40,633 nucleotides of DNA from Methanomassiliicoccaceae archaeon (lineage in GTDB: Archaea > Thermoplasmatota > Thermoplasmata > Methanomassiliicoccales > Methanomassiliicoccaceae): positions 1-40,633 of the forward strand of contig CAVSJV010000001.1 in the NCBI GenBank assembly GCA_963728405.1, written 5' to 3'. Shown here piece by piece: positions 1 through 10,935 of this stretch (the stretch's first letter is position 1; each line of letters starts with the position of its first letter). The position numbers were made by a program, and so were the translations under genes. The notes under the pieces were generated by a model, which did not search any database, was not told the origin of the DNA, and saw only the letters and a list, made by a program, of their open reading frames with translations.

Positions 1-260
1 TTGTTCCATCCCGACCGGGCCGAGATCGGGGAGCTTTCTCCCTCGGCCTCGGCCTGCGCCGCCTTGGACATTATTAAAGGGACGAGGGGGGCGAAGCGGG
101 ATATGGTGGTGCTGAACGCGGCGTGCGGACTGTTGGCCTTCGGCGCGGCCAAGGACCTCAACGTGGCGGTACGAAGTGCGAGACGGCCCTCGATTCCGGC
201 CGGGCGATGGCCAAGCTCAACGAGTACCTGGCATTGACCGCCGCGTCGCTCACGAGCTGA
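1..260 (+). CDS. trpD: Anthranilate phosphoribosyltransferase, C-terminal part (5' truncated by the window; frameshift near 180)
   Basis: Contains RDMVVLNAACGL; after a frame change it continues ALDSGRAMAKLNEYL to TGA at 258-260. First gene of the trp run. Confidence 0.85.
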
Positions 261-264
261 TACC

Positions 265-1033
265 ATGTCGGACCAGCTGGAAGCTTTGGTCAGGAACGCA
301 CAGCGCCTGGTCGCCTCGGGCTACTATGGCCGCACCGGTCGGCGCTCGCCGGAACGCAGGCTCTCGGAAGCGCTGCGGAAGCACAGCGCCTTCCCGATCA
401 TCGCCGAGGTCAAGATGGCCTCTCCCTCGCTCGGCAGACTGAGCGCTCACGCTCCCGAGAAGCTGATCGGCGATTTCATCTCTGCCGGTGCGGTCGCCTT
501 ATCGGTGCTGACCGAACCGGACCGCTTCGGCGGATCGTTGAAGGACCTGGATGCAGGCGGTGGGCCGGGGCCTTCCCGTGCTCATGAAGGACATCGTGGT
601 ATCCGAGGCGCAGGTCAAGGCCGCCGCCTCTCACGGGGCGAGCGCGGTGCTGCTGATACAGGAAGTCTTCGACGGAGCCAGGTACACCCGGCGGGACGAG
701 CTGATCGACCAGGCCCACGCCCTCGGCCTGGAGGTCCTGCTGGAGGCGGGGTCGGAAGAAGCGCTGATGAGGGCGATGGCCAGCGGGGCGGACATGCTGG
801 GCATCAACCAGCGGGACCTGCGCACCTTCTCGATCGACAAGGATAGGGCCGACCGGCTGCTGCCCTTGACCGTGTCCGATGGCCGCCCGGTGGTGGTCAT
901 GAGCGGCATCGAAGGGAGGGAGGCGGTCGAGAGCGCGCGGGATGGAGGAGCGAGCGCCGTGCTGGTCGGCGGGCACCTCTCCTCCGCGTCCGATCCTGCT
1001 CGGGCCCTCAGAGCGCTGGCGGTGCCGAGATGA
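265..1033 (+). CDS. trpC: Indole-3-glycerol phosphate synthase (frameshift near 555)
   Basis: IIAEVKMASPS and LSVLTEPDRFGGS in ORF 265, then LPVLMKD, LLE, GINQRDL, SGI and VLVG in ORF 551..1033. Confidence 0.92.
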
Positions 1034-1651
1034 CCGCGGTCAAGATCTGCGGCCTGATGAGCGAGGAGGATGTCCTGGCCGCCCGGGACGCCGACTATCT
1101 GGGCTTCGTCGTGGCCACTGGCACCAGGCGTTCGCTCGACATTCCCACGGCCAGGAGATTACTGTCCCTGGCCGAACGGCCGACGGTAGCAGTGACCACC
1201 TCGATCGATCCCCGGTCCATTGCCCGCATCGCCAGCGAGCTCCGGCCCGACGTGGTCCAGCTCAACGGGCCGATCGATCAGCGCGGGCTGAAGCGAAGTG
1301 AAGGAAGCGGTCGATTGCGAGGTGTGGCTGGCGGTGCCCATCTCGTCCCATCTTTCTGTCCTGGACGACGAGATCATGGAGCTTGCCGATTGCGTGGTGT
1401 TCGAGACCCCGTCCGCTCAGGGGGGAGGATCGGGAAAGCTTCATGATCATGCCGTCAGCGCCCGTGTCAGGAAAGGATTGAAAGGCAAGAAAGTATCCCT
1501 GGCCGGGGGCTTGACCCCGGAGAACGTGGCCGAGGCCATCTCGCTGGTGCGGCCGGACATCGTGGATGTGTCCAGTGGAGTGGAGACGAACGGCCTCAAG
1601 GACGCCGTCAAGATCGAACGGTTCATAGGAGCGGTGAGAAGATGCCAGTAA
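1030..1651 (+). CDS. trpF: Phosphoribosylanthranilate isomerase (frameshift near 1295)
   Basis: [26 protein letters not shown] and VDVSSGVE motifs; ATGA overlap with trpC. Confidence 0.93.
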
Positions 1652-2828
1652 AGGACAGGACGCGGTTCGGGGAGTACGGCGGACAGTACGTTCCGGAGAT
1701 ACTGATGCCCGCGCTCGCGGAACTTGAAATGAGTATGACCGGGCGAAGAAGGACCGGGGGTTCCAGGCCGAGCTGCGCAGCTACATGAAGCACTATGGCG
1801 GCCGGCCCACCCCGCTGTACTTCGCGAAGCGGCTTACGGAAAAATGCGGTGGGGCGCGGATATACCTGAAACGCGAGGACCTCTGCCATGGCGGCGCCCA
1901 TAAGTTCAACAACGTGATGGGGCAGGCGCTCCTGTGCAAGCGCATGGGCAAGGAGCGCGTGATCGCCGAGACCGGGGCCGGACAGCACGGCACGGCCACG
2001 GCCATGGCCGCCGCGGTCCTGGGACTGAAGGCAGAGATATACATGGGCACCGATGACATCGCCCGCCAGCGAATGAACGTGTTCCGCATGAGGCTGATGG
2101 GGGCGAAGGTCCATCCCGTGGATTCGGGATCGAGGACGCTGAAGGACGCGCTGAACGAGGCGTTCCGGGACTGGGCCGCCACCGTCGAGGACACCTACTA
2201 CCTATTGGGCACTGCGGCCGGCCCTCACCCCTACCCGACCATGGTCAGGGACTTCCAGAGCGTCATAGGAAAGGAAGCCCGGAAGCAACTGCTCCGTCAA
2301 GAGGGAAAACTGCCCGATCTGCTGGTAGCGTGCGTCGGGGGAGGCTCGAACGCCATTGGGACGTTCCATCCTTTCCTCAAGGACGAGGGCGTTGCGTTTC
2401 TGGGAGCAGAGGCCGCCGGTGAGGGCTTGCATACCGGAAAGCATTCCGCATCCATCAGCGGCGGCGAGGTGGGCGTGCTGCACGGCTGCAAGTCGTACCT
2501 CCTGCAGGACGAGAACGGCATGGTCAGGGAGACCCATTCCGTCGCCGCCGGCCTCGACTACCCCGGGGTCGGCCCGGAGCATTCCCTGCTCAAGGACATC
2601 GGGCGGGCCGAGTACATTGGGGTAAGTGACGACGAAGCGCTGGCGGCGTTCCGGACGCTCAGCGAGGTGGAGGGCATCATCCCCGCGTTGGAATCGTCCC
2701 ACGCCGTCCACGCCGGGATGCAAAGAGCGAGGACGATGGGGCGGGAGCAGATCGTGGTCATTACCATCTCCGGCCGCGGGGATAAGGACCTGGAGACCGT
2801 CATCGGTCTGCTGGGGGTGGAGGAATGA
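1642..2828 (+). CDS. trpB: Tryptophan synthase beta chain (indel(s) near 1730-1780)
   Basis: N-terminus [19 protein letters not shown] from ATG 1642; [48 protein letters not shown]. Confidence 0.96.
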
Positions 2829-3598
2829 GCCGTATCGGAGAAACGATGGGCAAGGGTAACGCCCTGGTATGCTACCTGACCGCAGGGTATCCATCTGAAG
2901 CGGCGAGTCTCGAGTACATTCTGGCCTGTGTCAACGGCGGAGCGGACGTCATCGAGATAGGCGTTCCGTTCTCCGATCCGGTGGCCGACGGTAAGGTCAT
3001 CCAATTCAGTTCTCAAAAGGCCCTGGAAGCGGGCATGACCCCGAACAAGGTCTTCGGCCTGGTCCGGGAACTTCGGAAACACACGAACATCCCCATCGTG
3101 CTGATGGGCTACTACAACCCGATCTTCCGGATCGGTGAGGCCGAGTATGCCCGGCGGGCCAAGGAAGCGGGCGCCGACGGCCTCATCGTGCCGGACCTGC
3201 CGCTGGAGGAATCCCGTACGCTCCTGGAGCACTGCCGTACCCATGGCGTGGACCTGATCCAACTGGTGGGGCCGACGACGCCGGAGGACCGGATGAGAGT
3301 GATCGCCCGGAACAGTTCGGGGTTCTTGTATCTGGTCAGCTCGATGGGCACGACCGGGACGAGGAGGGAGCTGGGAGCGGAGGTGGCCGATCTGGTCGCC
3401 CGGGCCAAGCGAGCGGCCGGTCCGATCCCCCTGGGGGTCGGTTTCGGCATCTCCCGGCCCGAGCAGGTCTCCCGGCTAAAGGAAGCGGGCGCGGATGCGG
3501 TCATCGTGGGCAGCGCCATCCTGCAGATGGTCATCGACGGCCAGAGCCCCTCGGCAGTGGAGAGGTTCGTCCGCTCCCTGGGGATGGATGGGCAATGA
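2825..3598 (+). CDS. trpA: Tryptophan synthase alpha chain
   Basis: [45 protein letters not shown]. Confidence 0.97.
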   Translation: MSRIGETMGKGNALVCYLTAGYPSEAASLEYILACVNGGADVIEIGVPFSDPVADGKVIQFSSQKALEAGMTPNKVFGLVRELRKHTNIPIVLMGYYNPIFRIGEAEYARRAKEAGADGLIVPDLPLEESRTLLEHCRTHGVDLIQLVGPTTPEDRMRVIARNSSGFLYLVSSMGTTGTRRELGAEVADLVARAKRAAGPIPLGVGFGISRPEQVSRLKEAGADAVIVGSAILQMVIDGQSPSAVERFVRSLGMDGQ

Positions 3599-3621
3599 GC
3601 GCCCGCTCCTTCCCCGGGCAA

Positions 3622-3706
3622 GTAGCACGAATATTCGATTAGTCTTACGATAAGAGTTTTATATGATGCTATCAATCCCGTAACACGAAATAGGGAATCG
3701 TGTTAA
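3622..3706. promoter_or_regulatory. Promoter of the ECF metal transporter: TATA box (TTTTATAT, 3657-3664) flanked by two NikR-like boxes
   Basis: GTAGCA-N15-TCTTAC at 3622-3648 and GTAACA-N15-TGTTAA at 3680-3706. The second includes a perfect TAACACGA/TCGTGTTA inverted repeat and fits the TRWYA-N15-TRWYA NikR-type spacing. Confidence 0.6.
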
Positions 3707-3720
3707 TGGGGGTACGAGAG

Positions 3721-4395
3721 TTGCATATTCCAGATGGTTTGATGGACCCGGCCGTATGGGCTTTGGGATGGATCCTCGCCTTGGTCATCATAGGATTGGC
3801 GGTGGCCAAGATAGGAAAGCGTCTTGACGAGAGGACCATACCTTTGATGGCCGTTCTAGCGGCAGGAATCTTCGTGGCCCAGATGCTGAACTTCCCCATT
3901 GGCGGAGGGACCACCGGTCACCTCATCGGCGCGGCCCTGGCCACGATCCTTCTGGGACCGTGGGCGGCCATGCTCATCATCACCGTCATCCTGGTCATCC
4001 AGGGGCTGGTCTTCGGGGATGGAGGTCTTACCGCAATGGGATTGAACATCCTGAACATGGCCATCATCGCACCGCTGGTCACCTGGGGCGTGCTGAAGGT
4101 CTTCACCGAGAAGAACCGTACCGCCGGCATCCCGGTGGCGGCATGGGCCTCGGTGCTACTAGCCTCCGCCGTATGCGCGGCAGAGCTTGCCGTTAGCTAC
4201 TCGATCTCCGGCGGTACCTATGGAATAACCGGAACGCTGGCTTTCCCGACCATGTTGGGCTTCCATATGCTTATCGGCATCGGCGAGGCGGCCATCACTG
4301 CCGGGGTCGTGCTATTCCTGGCCAAAGTGTCGCCGGAGATGCTCAACATCAGGAAGACCATGAAGAAGGAAGAGTCGACCACAACGGAGGCCTGA
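3721..4395 (+). CDS. cbiM: ECF transporter substrate-binding (S) component, CbiM/NikM family
   Basis: TTG start at 3721 gives the diagnostic metal-binding N-terminus MHIPDG; also GTTGHLIG, QGLVFGDGGLTAMG and HMLIGIGEA. Confidence 0.93.
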   Translation: MHIPDGLMDPAVWALGWILALVIIGLAVAKIGKRLDERTIPLMAVLAAGIFVAQMLNFPIGGGTTGHLIGAALATILLGPWAAMLIITVILVIQGLVFGDGGLTAMGLNILNMAIIAPLVTWGVLKVFTEKNRTAGIPVAAWASVLLASAVCAAELAVSYSISGGTYGITGTLAFPTMLGFHMLIGIGEAAITAGVVLFLAKVSPEMLNIRKTMKKEESTTTEA

Positions 4396-4397
4396 AC

Positions 4398-4688
4398 ATG
4401 GAGAAGAAGTACGTTCTGGCGACGATCGTGATATTGGTCGCGTTCTCGGTCGGGCTGGTGGGATTCTTCCTGGTCTCGAACGGCCTACCCGATGGCCTGG
4501 ACAAGACCATGGAGGAGCATGGGGCCTCGGAATCGGAGCCGGTTTACACCGCGCCCCTCGATTACGGAGGGGACTACTTCTCCTCACTGCTCATGGGAGT
4601 GGTCGGGTTCTTCGCCACCCTGATCGTTATGCTAGGCATCCTGAAGCTCAGGAAGTCCATGAGATCCTCGAGGGTCGGAGACGATTGA
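4398..4688 (+). CDS. PDGLE-domain accessory membrane subunit (NikN/CbiN-like)
   Basis: Two TM helices flanking PDGLD...APLDY; lies between the M and Q genes. Confidence 0.85.
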   Translation: MEKKYVLATIVILVAFSVGLVGFFLVSNGLPDGLDKTMEEHGASESEPVYTAPLDYGGDYFSSLLMGVVGFFATLIVMLGILKLRKSMRSSRVGDD

Positions 4689-4743
4689 AACGCCTTCCCA
4701 CATTTTCAATAACGGTTGAGAGCATTCGGCCGAGGATATAAGC

Positions 4744-5478
4744 ATGGAAACGATCGAGATCGACCAGTATTGCCGCCGTAGCACGCTGTACGGTTTCGAT
4801 CCCCGCATCAAGTTGATCGGCACGGTGTCCCTGATAGTGGCCATGTCATTCCTCCGGGACCTGACCGCCCTGTTGGTGGCGCTGGCCTTCCTGCTTGTCC
4901 TGTTGGTCATTTCCCGGTTGCCCTTGCGGCACTTCAGCCGGATCTTCTTGCTATCCCTCCCGTTCATCATCGTGGCCTCGGTGGCCTTGTTCTTCACATC
5001 GGGCAGCGGTCCCGCCATGGCGATGGCCCTGCGCATTGCGGCCTCGGTCATCGCCCTCTTGCTGATGGTCACCACCACACCGTTCTTCGAGCTGTTGTGG
5101 GCGCTGCGGTGGTTCCGTGTGCCGTACGTGTTCTGCGCCCTGCTGTTGTTCACCTATCGCTACATCTTCGTCATGCTCGAGGAGCTGGAGCGCATGAACA
5201 TGGCCCGGCGCGCCCGTGGCTTCTCGACCAAGGGCAACCTGCTTTCGAAAGATATCTTCAAGACCATCTCATTCACTGCGGGCATGGTGTTGGTCCGCTC
5301 CTACGATCGCTCGAAGAACATCTACAGCGGACTGGTCGCCCGCGGATATCGAGGCGAGATCCGCACGCTCCGCCGGCCCACGGTGCGGGCCCGTGATTCT
5401 CTCTACCTCGGCTCGTTCGCTGTCGTGACCATCGTCATCATCTCAATCCAATGGGGGCTGCTGCAATGGACGGGATAA
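4744..5478 (+). CDS. cbiQ: ECF transporter transmembrane (T) component, CbiQ/NikQ
   Basis: DPRIKL, RYIFVMLEE, ARRARGF and ARGY motifs; hydrophobic. Confidence 0.92.
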   Translation: METIEIDQYCRRSTLYGFDPRIKLIGTVSLIVAMSFLRDLTALLVALAFLLVLLVISRLPLRHFSRIFLLSLPFIIVASVALFFTSGSGPAMAMALRIAASVIALLLMVTTTPFFELLWALRWFRVPYVFCALLLFTYRYIFVMLEELERMNMARRARGFSTKGNLLSKDIFKTISFTAGMVLVRSYDRSKNIYSGLVARGYRGEIRTLRRPTVRARDSLYLGSFAVVTIVIISIQWGLLQWTG

Positions 5479-6284
5479 AGCTCAGGGGCGTCGGCTATCA
5501 CTACGAGGACGGGACCAGGGCCCTGGAGAACGTGAACCTGAGCATCGAGCCGGGCGACCGCATATCGCTGGTCGGACCCAATGGGGCGGGCAAGAGCACC
5601 TTGCTGCACATCCTTGATTCCCTGTTCCTGCCGTCGGAGGGGGAGATGGATGTCGCCGGCATCCGCGTCACCAAGAAGACCGCCCCCCAGGCGACGATGA
5701 AGGCAGGGCTGCTGTTCCAGGACCCTGACGACCAGATCTTCATGCCCCGGGTGTGGGACGATGTGGCCTTCGGCCCCGTCAACATGGGCCTGGGCGAGGA
5801 GGAGATCAAGAAGCGGGTCGAACGCTCCCTTGCCCTCGCCGGGGTCAGCGAGTATGCCGAGCGGGTGCCCCACCACCTCAGCTTCGGGGAAAAGAAGCGA
5901 GTGGCCATCGCCGGCCTGCTGGCCATGGAACCCGAGATCTACCTGCTGGACGAACCGACCGCTAATCTGGACCCAGTGGGACGGCGCGCGCTCGTCAACA
6001 TCCTCCAGTATCTCGATAAGAGCCTGGTCCTGGCCACCCACGACCTGTCGGTGGCGTTCGAGCTGACCAGGAGAGTGGTGGTGCTGAAGCGCACCATCCT
6101 GTACGATGGCGACTTCCGCGGCCTGATGGCCCGTCCGGACATCCTGTCAGAAGCAAATCTCGAACTACCATCGCTCATCCGATTATTGGAAGCGTGGGGC
6201 AAGCAGACCGGCCGAAGGTTCCTCATGCCCCTGACAGTGGAGGAAGCGATCGAGCTGCTGGTCCGCGAATGCCCTGGCCTCTAG
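5466..6284 (+). CDS. cbiO: ECF transporter ATPase, CbiO/NikO
   Basis: GPNGAGKST, FQDPDDQ, LSFGEKKR, LLDEPT, ATHD. Confidence 0.94.
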   Translation: MDGIKLRGVGYHYEDGTRALENVNLSIEPGDRISLVGPNGAGKSTLLHILDSLFLPSEGEMDVAGIRVTKKTAPQATMKAGLLFQDPDDQIFMPRVWDDVAFGPVNMGLGEEEIKKRVERSLALAGVSEYAERVPHHLSFGEKKRVAIAGLLAMEPEIYLLDEPTANLDPVGRRALVNILQYLDKSLVLATHDLSVAFELTRRVVVLKRTILYDGDFRGLMARPDILSEANLELPSLIRLLEAWGKQTGRRFLMPLTVEEAIELLVRECPGL

Positions 6285-7068
6285 CCCTTCAATCTCGTCG
6301 CGATCGCCGTCAACATTTCCTCAAAGGTGGCCGACCGCGGGACGATGTCGACCCTAACGCCCAGGGATTCAAGCTTCCCTTTGGTCGGTGGGCCCATGGC
6401 CGCTACGGTGGCCCGTCCCAGAATTGCCAGGACCTCATCGCGCGATGACCGCTTCTCCGCCGCCTCGATGAACGTCTGTGCTGAGAGAGAAGAGGTGAAA
6501 GCATAGGCGTCGATGCGCTCCCCGAGACTCTCTTCCACCAGGCGGTCCAGCGCCGCGGTGTCGATGGGGACGAGACGGTAGACGACCATATCGTTCACAG
6601 CAGCTCCCTGTTCCTGCAACCCGGTGACCAGTACCGGCTCGCCGTGGTCGGAGCGCAGCACGAAGATGTGCCTTCCCGAAGCTTCATTGGCCAGCAGACG
6701 CACGATGCCCTGGGAAGTATGCTCAACGGGCAGGGCCGCCACGCCTCATTTTCGCCTCCGTTAGCGCCCGGGCGGTCAGCGGGCCGATGGCAATGATGGA
6801 TGTCCGATCCAATAGTGCAAGGAACCTTTCCCTTTCCAGCCTCCGATCCGCCAGCTCCAGCATCGCGGCCACGCCGGTGGAGCTGGTCAGTATGAGCGTG
6901 TCCACGCTTCCGGGCTTCCAGAGCGGAGAGGAAACGGTCGAACTCGCCGTCATCGTTCGTTCTAATCTCCAGGGGGGAGGCGCACACCGTCTCGAAGCCG
7001 CGTGCCTGGGCGAGCCTCATCGATTCGTCCAATTTCTCCCGTGGCCTCATCACGGCCAGCCGCATCAT
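6281..7068 (-). CDS. hemD: Uroporphyrinogen-III synthase (two frameshifts, near 6920 and 6745)
   Basis: Start MMRLAVMRPREK; ILTSSTGV, AIGPLTARAL, FTSSLSAQTF and AMGPPT motifs spread over three frames. Confidence 0.88.
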
Positions 7069-7808
7069 CTCAGGTCCCCCAGCATATGGGAGCACTGGGC
7101 GACGCTGCCCACGATCACGACGGCCGGCGAACCGATCCCCCGGGAACAGCATATCTCAGCGATATCGGCCGCGGTGCCGAGCGCCGTGACCTGCTGCAGG
7201 GTCGAGCCGCGATGCACTACTGCCACGGGAGTGGAGGGGAGCAGGCCGCCTTCCATGAGCTTTTTCATGTTCCGTTCCAGGTGACCCATGCCCATGAGTA
7301 TGACGATGGTCCCGCCCAGCTTGGCCAGTCCGGCCCAGTCGATCATGTCCTCATCCTTGTGTTCACCCTCGTGGCCGGTGACGAAGGTGACCAGGGAAGA
7401 ATGATCGCGATGAGTGACCGGGATCCCTGCCAGGGCCGGAGCGGCGATGGCCGAGGTGACACCGGGTACGACATGGACCTTGACCCCGGCCTTCCTCAGC
7501 TCTTCTGCCTCCTCCCCGCCCCGCCCGAACATGAACGGATCGCCGCCCTTGAGCCGCACTACCAGCAGGCCCTTCATTGCCTGTTCCACGATGATCCTGT
7601 TGATCCCATCCTGCTCGACCTTATGGTTCCCGCCCTGCTTCCCAACATCGATGAGCTCGGCGTCCTTCCTTGCTTCATTCAACAACTCCTCGTTCGCCAG
7701 GTAGTCGTACACGATCACGTCGGCGGTCCCTAGCAGTTCGAGCCCCCGCACGGTGATCAGCTTCGGGTCGCCCGGACCGGCGCCGACCAGATACACTTCA
7801 CCGGGCAT
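7065..7808 (-). CDS. cobA: Uroporphyrinogen-III C-methyltransferase (SUMT)
   Basis: MPGEVYLVGAGPGDPKLIT, RLKGGDPFMFGRGGEE, VPGVTSA, VTGH. Confidence 0.95.
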   Translation of the reverse strand: MPGEVYLVGAGPGDPKLITVRGLELLGTADVIVYDYLANEELLNEARKDAELIDVGKQGGNHKVEQDGINRIIVEQAMKGLLVVRLKGGDPFMFGRGGEEAEELRKAGVKVHVVPGVTSAIAAPALAGIPVTHRDHSSLVTFVTGHEGEHKDEDMIDWAGLAKLGGTIVILMGMGHLERNMKKLMEGGLLPSTPVAVVHRGSTLQQVTALGTAADIAEICCSRGIGSPAVVIVGSVAQCSHMLGDLR

Positions 7809-8696
7809 CGGACGCATTCCCCCATGGCCGGCCGGAGCTTTTCGATGATCTCCGCCAGGCCCTTGTCCAGCTCCTCGAGCGTCAGGGTGCGGTCGACAAA
7901 GATGCTCTTGGAGCGGACCTCGGAGCTGACCGACGCCCGTACCCGGAGCTTCCGGTCCTCCAGAGTGGCCCACGCCCCTATCGGGACAGAGCATCCTCCT
8001 CCCAGGCCGCGGAGGATGGAGCGTTCCGCTTCCACCTCGATCCGAGTCTTCTTGTCATTGAGCTTACGCAGGCAGTGCAGGAACTTGCTGTTGGCGGCGC
8101 ACACCACGGCGATGGCCCCCTGCCCCGGGGCGGGGGTGAAGTCCGCCGGATCGAGGATGAAACCTTCCTCCTCGATCTCCAGGCGCTGCAGGCCGGCCCG
8201 GGCCAGCACGATGGCATCGTACTCTCCCTCCTTCCACTTCTTGATGCGGGTGGGAGACGTTGCCCCGCAGGTCCTTGACCACCAGGTCCGGGCGCTTTGC
8301 CCGTATCATCGAGCTCCGCCGGACGCTGGAGGAACCGACCACCGCGCCGCTTGGCAGTTTCTCTAAAGGCTGCGAAGAGAGCAGGATGTCCTCCACCGGA
8401 CCACGGGGGAGGACGGCCGCCAAGGCCGTGCCCGGGGTCAGGTCCACCGGCATGTCCTTCAGGCTGTTGACCGCGGCGTCGATCTCATCGTCCAGGATGC
8501 GCTGGTCCAGCTCCTTGGTGAACGCCCCGTAGCCGCCCAGGGTCGAGAGTGGCCGGTCGGTGACCCGGTCCCCCACGGTCCTGATCTCGGAGACCTCGAT
8601 CTCCATGTCCGGGCAGCACATGGCGATCCCGGTGACCACCGTCCTGGTCTGGGCGAGGGCGAGCTCGCTGCCTCGAGTACCAATTCTCATGGTCAT
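7757..8696 (-). CDS. hemC: Porphobilinogen deaminase (frameshift near 8250; exact C-terminus uncertain)
   Basis: IGTRGSELALAQT, GAFTKELD, NSLKDMP, GSSSVRR, LRGNV, PAPGQGA, LGGGCSVPIG. Confidence 0.94.
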
Positions 8697-9964
8697 CTCC
8701 CCGAGGAGCGCTCGGCATATATATCCACAGTGCGAGCGATGTCCGCTTCGCTGTGCTCGGTCGAAAGGAAGCAGGTCTCGAACTGAGAGGGCGGCAGGTA
8801 GACGCCCTTGTCCAGAAGCCCTAGGAACATTTTCATGAAGTTATCGGCGTCCGAAGCGAGGGCGTCCGAGTAGTTGCGCACCGGCCGGTCCGCGAAGAAC
8901 ATCTGGAACATGGAGCCCGTGCCCTGGACCACGTAGGGCAATTTCAGGTCCCGCAGGACCGATTCGAGCTTCGATCGCATCAGCGCTCCCTTGCGGTTCA
9001 GCTCTTCGTGACCTTCCTTGGCCAGTTCATCGATGGTCGCCAGGCCGGCGGCCAGAGATATGGGATTCCCGGAGAACGTCCCCGCCTGGTATACCTTGCC
9101 CAGCGGCGAGATCATGCTCATCATCTCCTCCGATGCCCCGAACACCCCGATGGGCATCCCCCCTCCGGCGATCTTACCCAGGACGGTCATGTCCGGCCGG
9201 ACCCCGTAGAGGCGCTGGGCCCCGCCCATGGAAAGCCGGAAACCGGTGATGACCTCGTCGAAGATGAGCACCGCCCCGTGGGTGGTAGCGAGATCCCGGA
9301 GCCCTTGAAGATATCCCTCCTGGGGAGGCACCGGGCCGATGTTGCCCATGACCGGTTCGACGATCACGGCCGCCACCTCGTCCCGGTTCGCCTCGAGCGT
9401 CCGCCGGGCCGCCTCGAGGTCGTTGAACGGCGCCAGGAGGGTGTTCGCGGCCACCTCTTCCAGCACGCCCAGGGAGTTGGGGGCGCTGTGGGTGGTGGCC
9501 CCCGATCCCGCCTTCACCAGCACCGAATCATGGGCCCCGTGGAAGCAGCCCTCTAACTTGAGGATCTTCTTCCTTCCAGAATAGCCGCGGGCCAGCCGGA
9601 TGGCGTGCATCGTCGCTTCCGTCCCGCTGTTGACGATACGAAGCATCTCCACCGATGGATAATTATCCTTGATAATCTCGGCGAACTGCGCCTCGGCCTC
9701 CACGGGCGCTCCGTACAAGGTGCCGAGCTCGGCCTGCTCTTTTATCGCCGCGATGACCCGAGGATGGGCATGGCCCAGTATGAGCGGCCCGAAGGCCATG
9801 CAGTAATCGATGTACTCATTACCGTCCACATCGAAGATGCGGGAACCCTTTCCCCGGGCGATATAACGGGGGTACGGTGAGAAGGCCCGCACCGGCGACG
9901 ATACGCCTCCAGGTAGCAGGCGCCGGGCCTGGTCGTACAGGCGGCGCGACCCATCGCTGTTCAT
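8693..9964 (-). CDS. hemL: Glutamate-1-semialdehyde 2,1-aminomutase
   Basis: [56 protein letters not shown]. Confidence 0.97.
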   Translation of the reverse strand: MNSDGSRRLYDQARRLLPGGVSSPVRAFSPYPRYIARGKGSRIFDVDGNEYIDYCMAFGPLILGHAHPRVIAAIKEQAELGTLYGAPVEAEAQFAEIIKDNYPSVEMLRIVNSGTEATMHAIRLARGYSGRKKILKLEGCFHGAHDSVLVKAGSGATTHSAPNSLGVLEEVAANTLLAPFNDLEAARRTLEANRDEVAAVIVEPVMGNIGPVPPQEGYLQGLRDLATTHGAVLIFDEVITGFRLSMGGAQRLYGVRPDMTVLGKIAGGGMPIGVFGASEEMMSMISPLGKVYQAGTFSGNPISLAAGLATIDELAKEGHEELNRKGALMRSKLESVLRDLKLPYVVQGTGSMFQMFFADRPVRNYSDALASDADNFMKMFLGLLDKGVYLPPSQFETCFLSTEHSEADIARTVDIYAERSSGR

Positions 9965-10935
9965 CGCTGCCCCTCCAGCACCTTGGCCGCTTCGGGGGCG
10001 AAGTAGGTGACGATCATGTCTGCTCCAGCCCTCTTTATCGAGAGCAGTGATTCCATCATCGCCCGATCGTGGTCCAGCCACCCATTGGCCGCGGCGGCCT
10101 TGATCATAGCGTACTCGCCGCTGACGTTGTAGGCGGCGATGGGGAGGTCGAAGGTCTCCCGGGCCTCCCTGATGATGTCCAAGTATGGCAGAGCGGGCTT
10201 GACCATTAGGATGTCCGCTCCCTCTTCGGCGTCCAGGCGCATCTCCCGGATGGCCTCCCGGGCGTTCCCGGGGTCCATCTGATGGGTCCGCCGGTCCCCG
10301 AGGGCAGGAGCGCTCTGGGCGGCCTCGCGGAAGGGACCATAGAAGGCCGAGGCGTACTTGGCGGCATAGGACAGGATAGGGACCTCTTCGAAGCCGCCAT
10401 CATCCAGCGCTTCTCGTATCGCCCTGACCTGGCCGTCCATCATTCCCGAGGGGGCGATCATGTCAGCCCCCGCCTCGGCCTGGCTTATGGCCGTCAGGCC
10501 GTACAGTTCCAGCGTCGAGTCGTTGTCGACCCTCTCGCCGTGCAGGACGCCGCAATGGCCGTGGCTGGTGTACTCGCAAAGGCAGAGGTCCGCAATGACC
10601 AGCAGTCCGCTCTCCTCCTTTATGCTCCGGATAGCCCTCTGGGTCACACCGTCCTCGACCCACGCTCCGCTGGCCCGCTCGTCCTTCTTGCGGGGAACGC
10701 CGAACAGCAGGACCGCCGGGATGCCCAGCCCCTCGAGCGACCGGCCCTCCTTTCCGACAGTTTCGACCGGATAGGAACACACGCCAGGCATCGACGTTAT
10801 CGCCTGGGGAACGCGAAGAGCTTCGTTAACGAACAGGGGGCAGATCAGGTCTCGGACCGACAGCTCGGTCTCCCTGACCAGGCCTCTGATGGCCGGGTTG
10901 GCGCGCAGTCTACGGGGTCGGTTTTCCGGGAACAT
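9961..10935 (-). CDS. hemB: Porphobilinogen synthase (zinc-type ALA dehydratase)
   Basis: [53 protein letters not shown]. Confidence 0.97.
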   Translation of the reverse strand: MFPENRPRRLRANPAIRGLVRETELSVRDLICPLFVNEALRVPQAITSMPGVCSYPVETVGKEGRSLEGLGIPAVLLFGVPRKKDERASGAWVEDGVTQRAIRSIKEESGLLVIADLCLCEYTSHGHCGVLHGERVDNDSTLELYGLTAISQAEAGADMIAPSGMMDGQVRAIREALDDGGFEEVPILSYAAKYASAFYGPFREAAQSAPALGDRRTHQMDPGNAREAIREMRLDAEEGADILMVKPALPYLDIIREARETFDLPIAAYNVSGEYAMIKAAAANGWLDHDRAMMESLLSIKRAGADMIVTYFAPEAAKVLEGQR

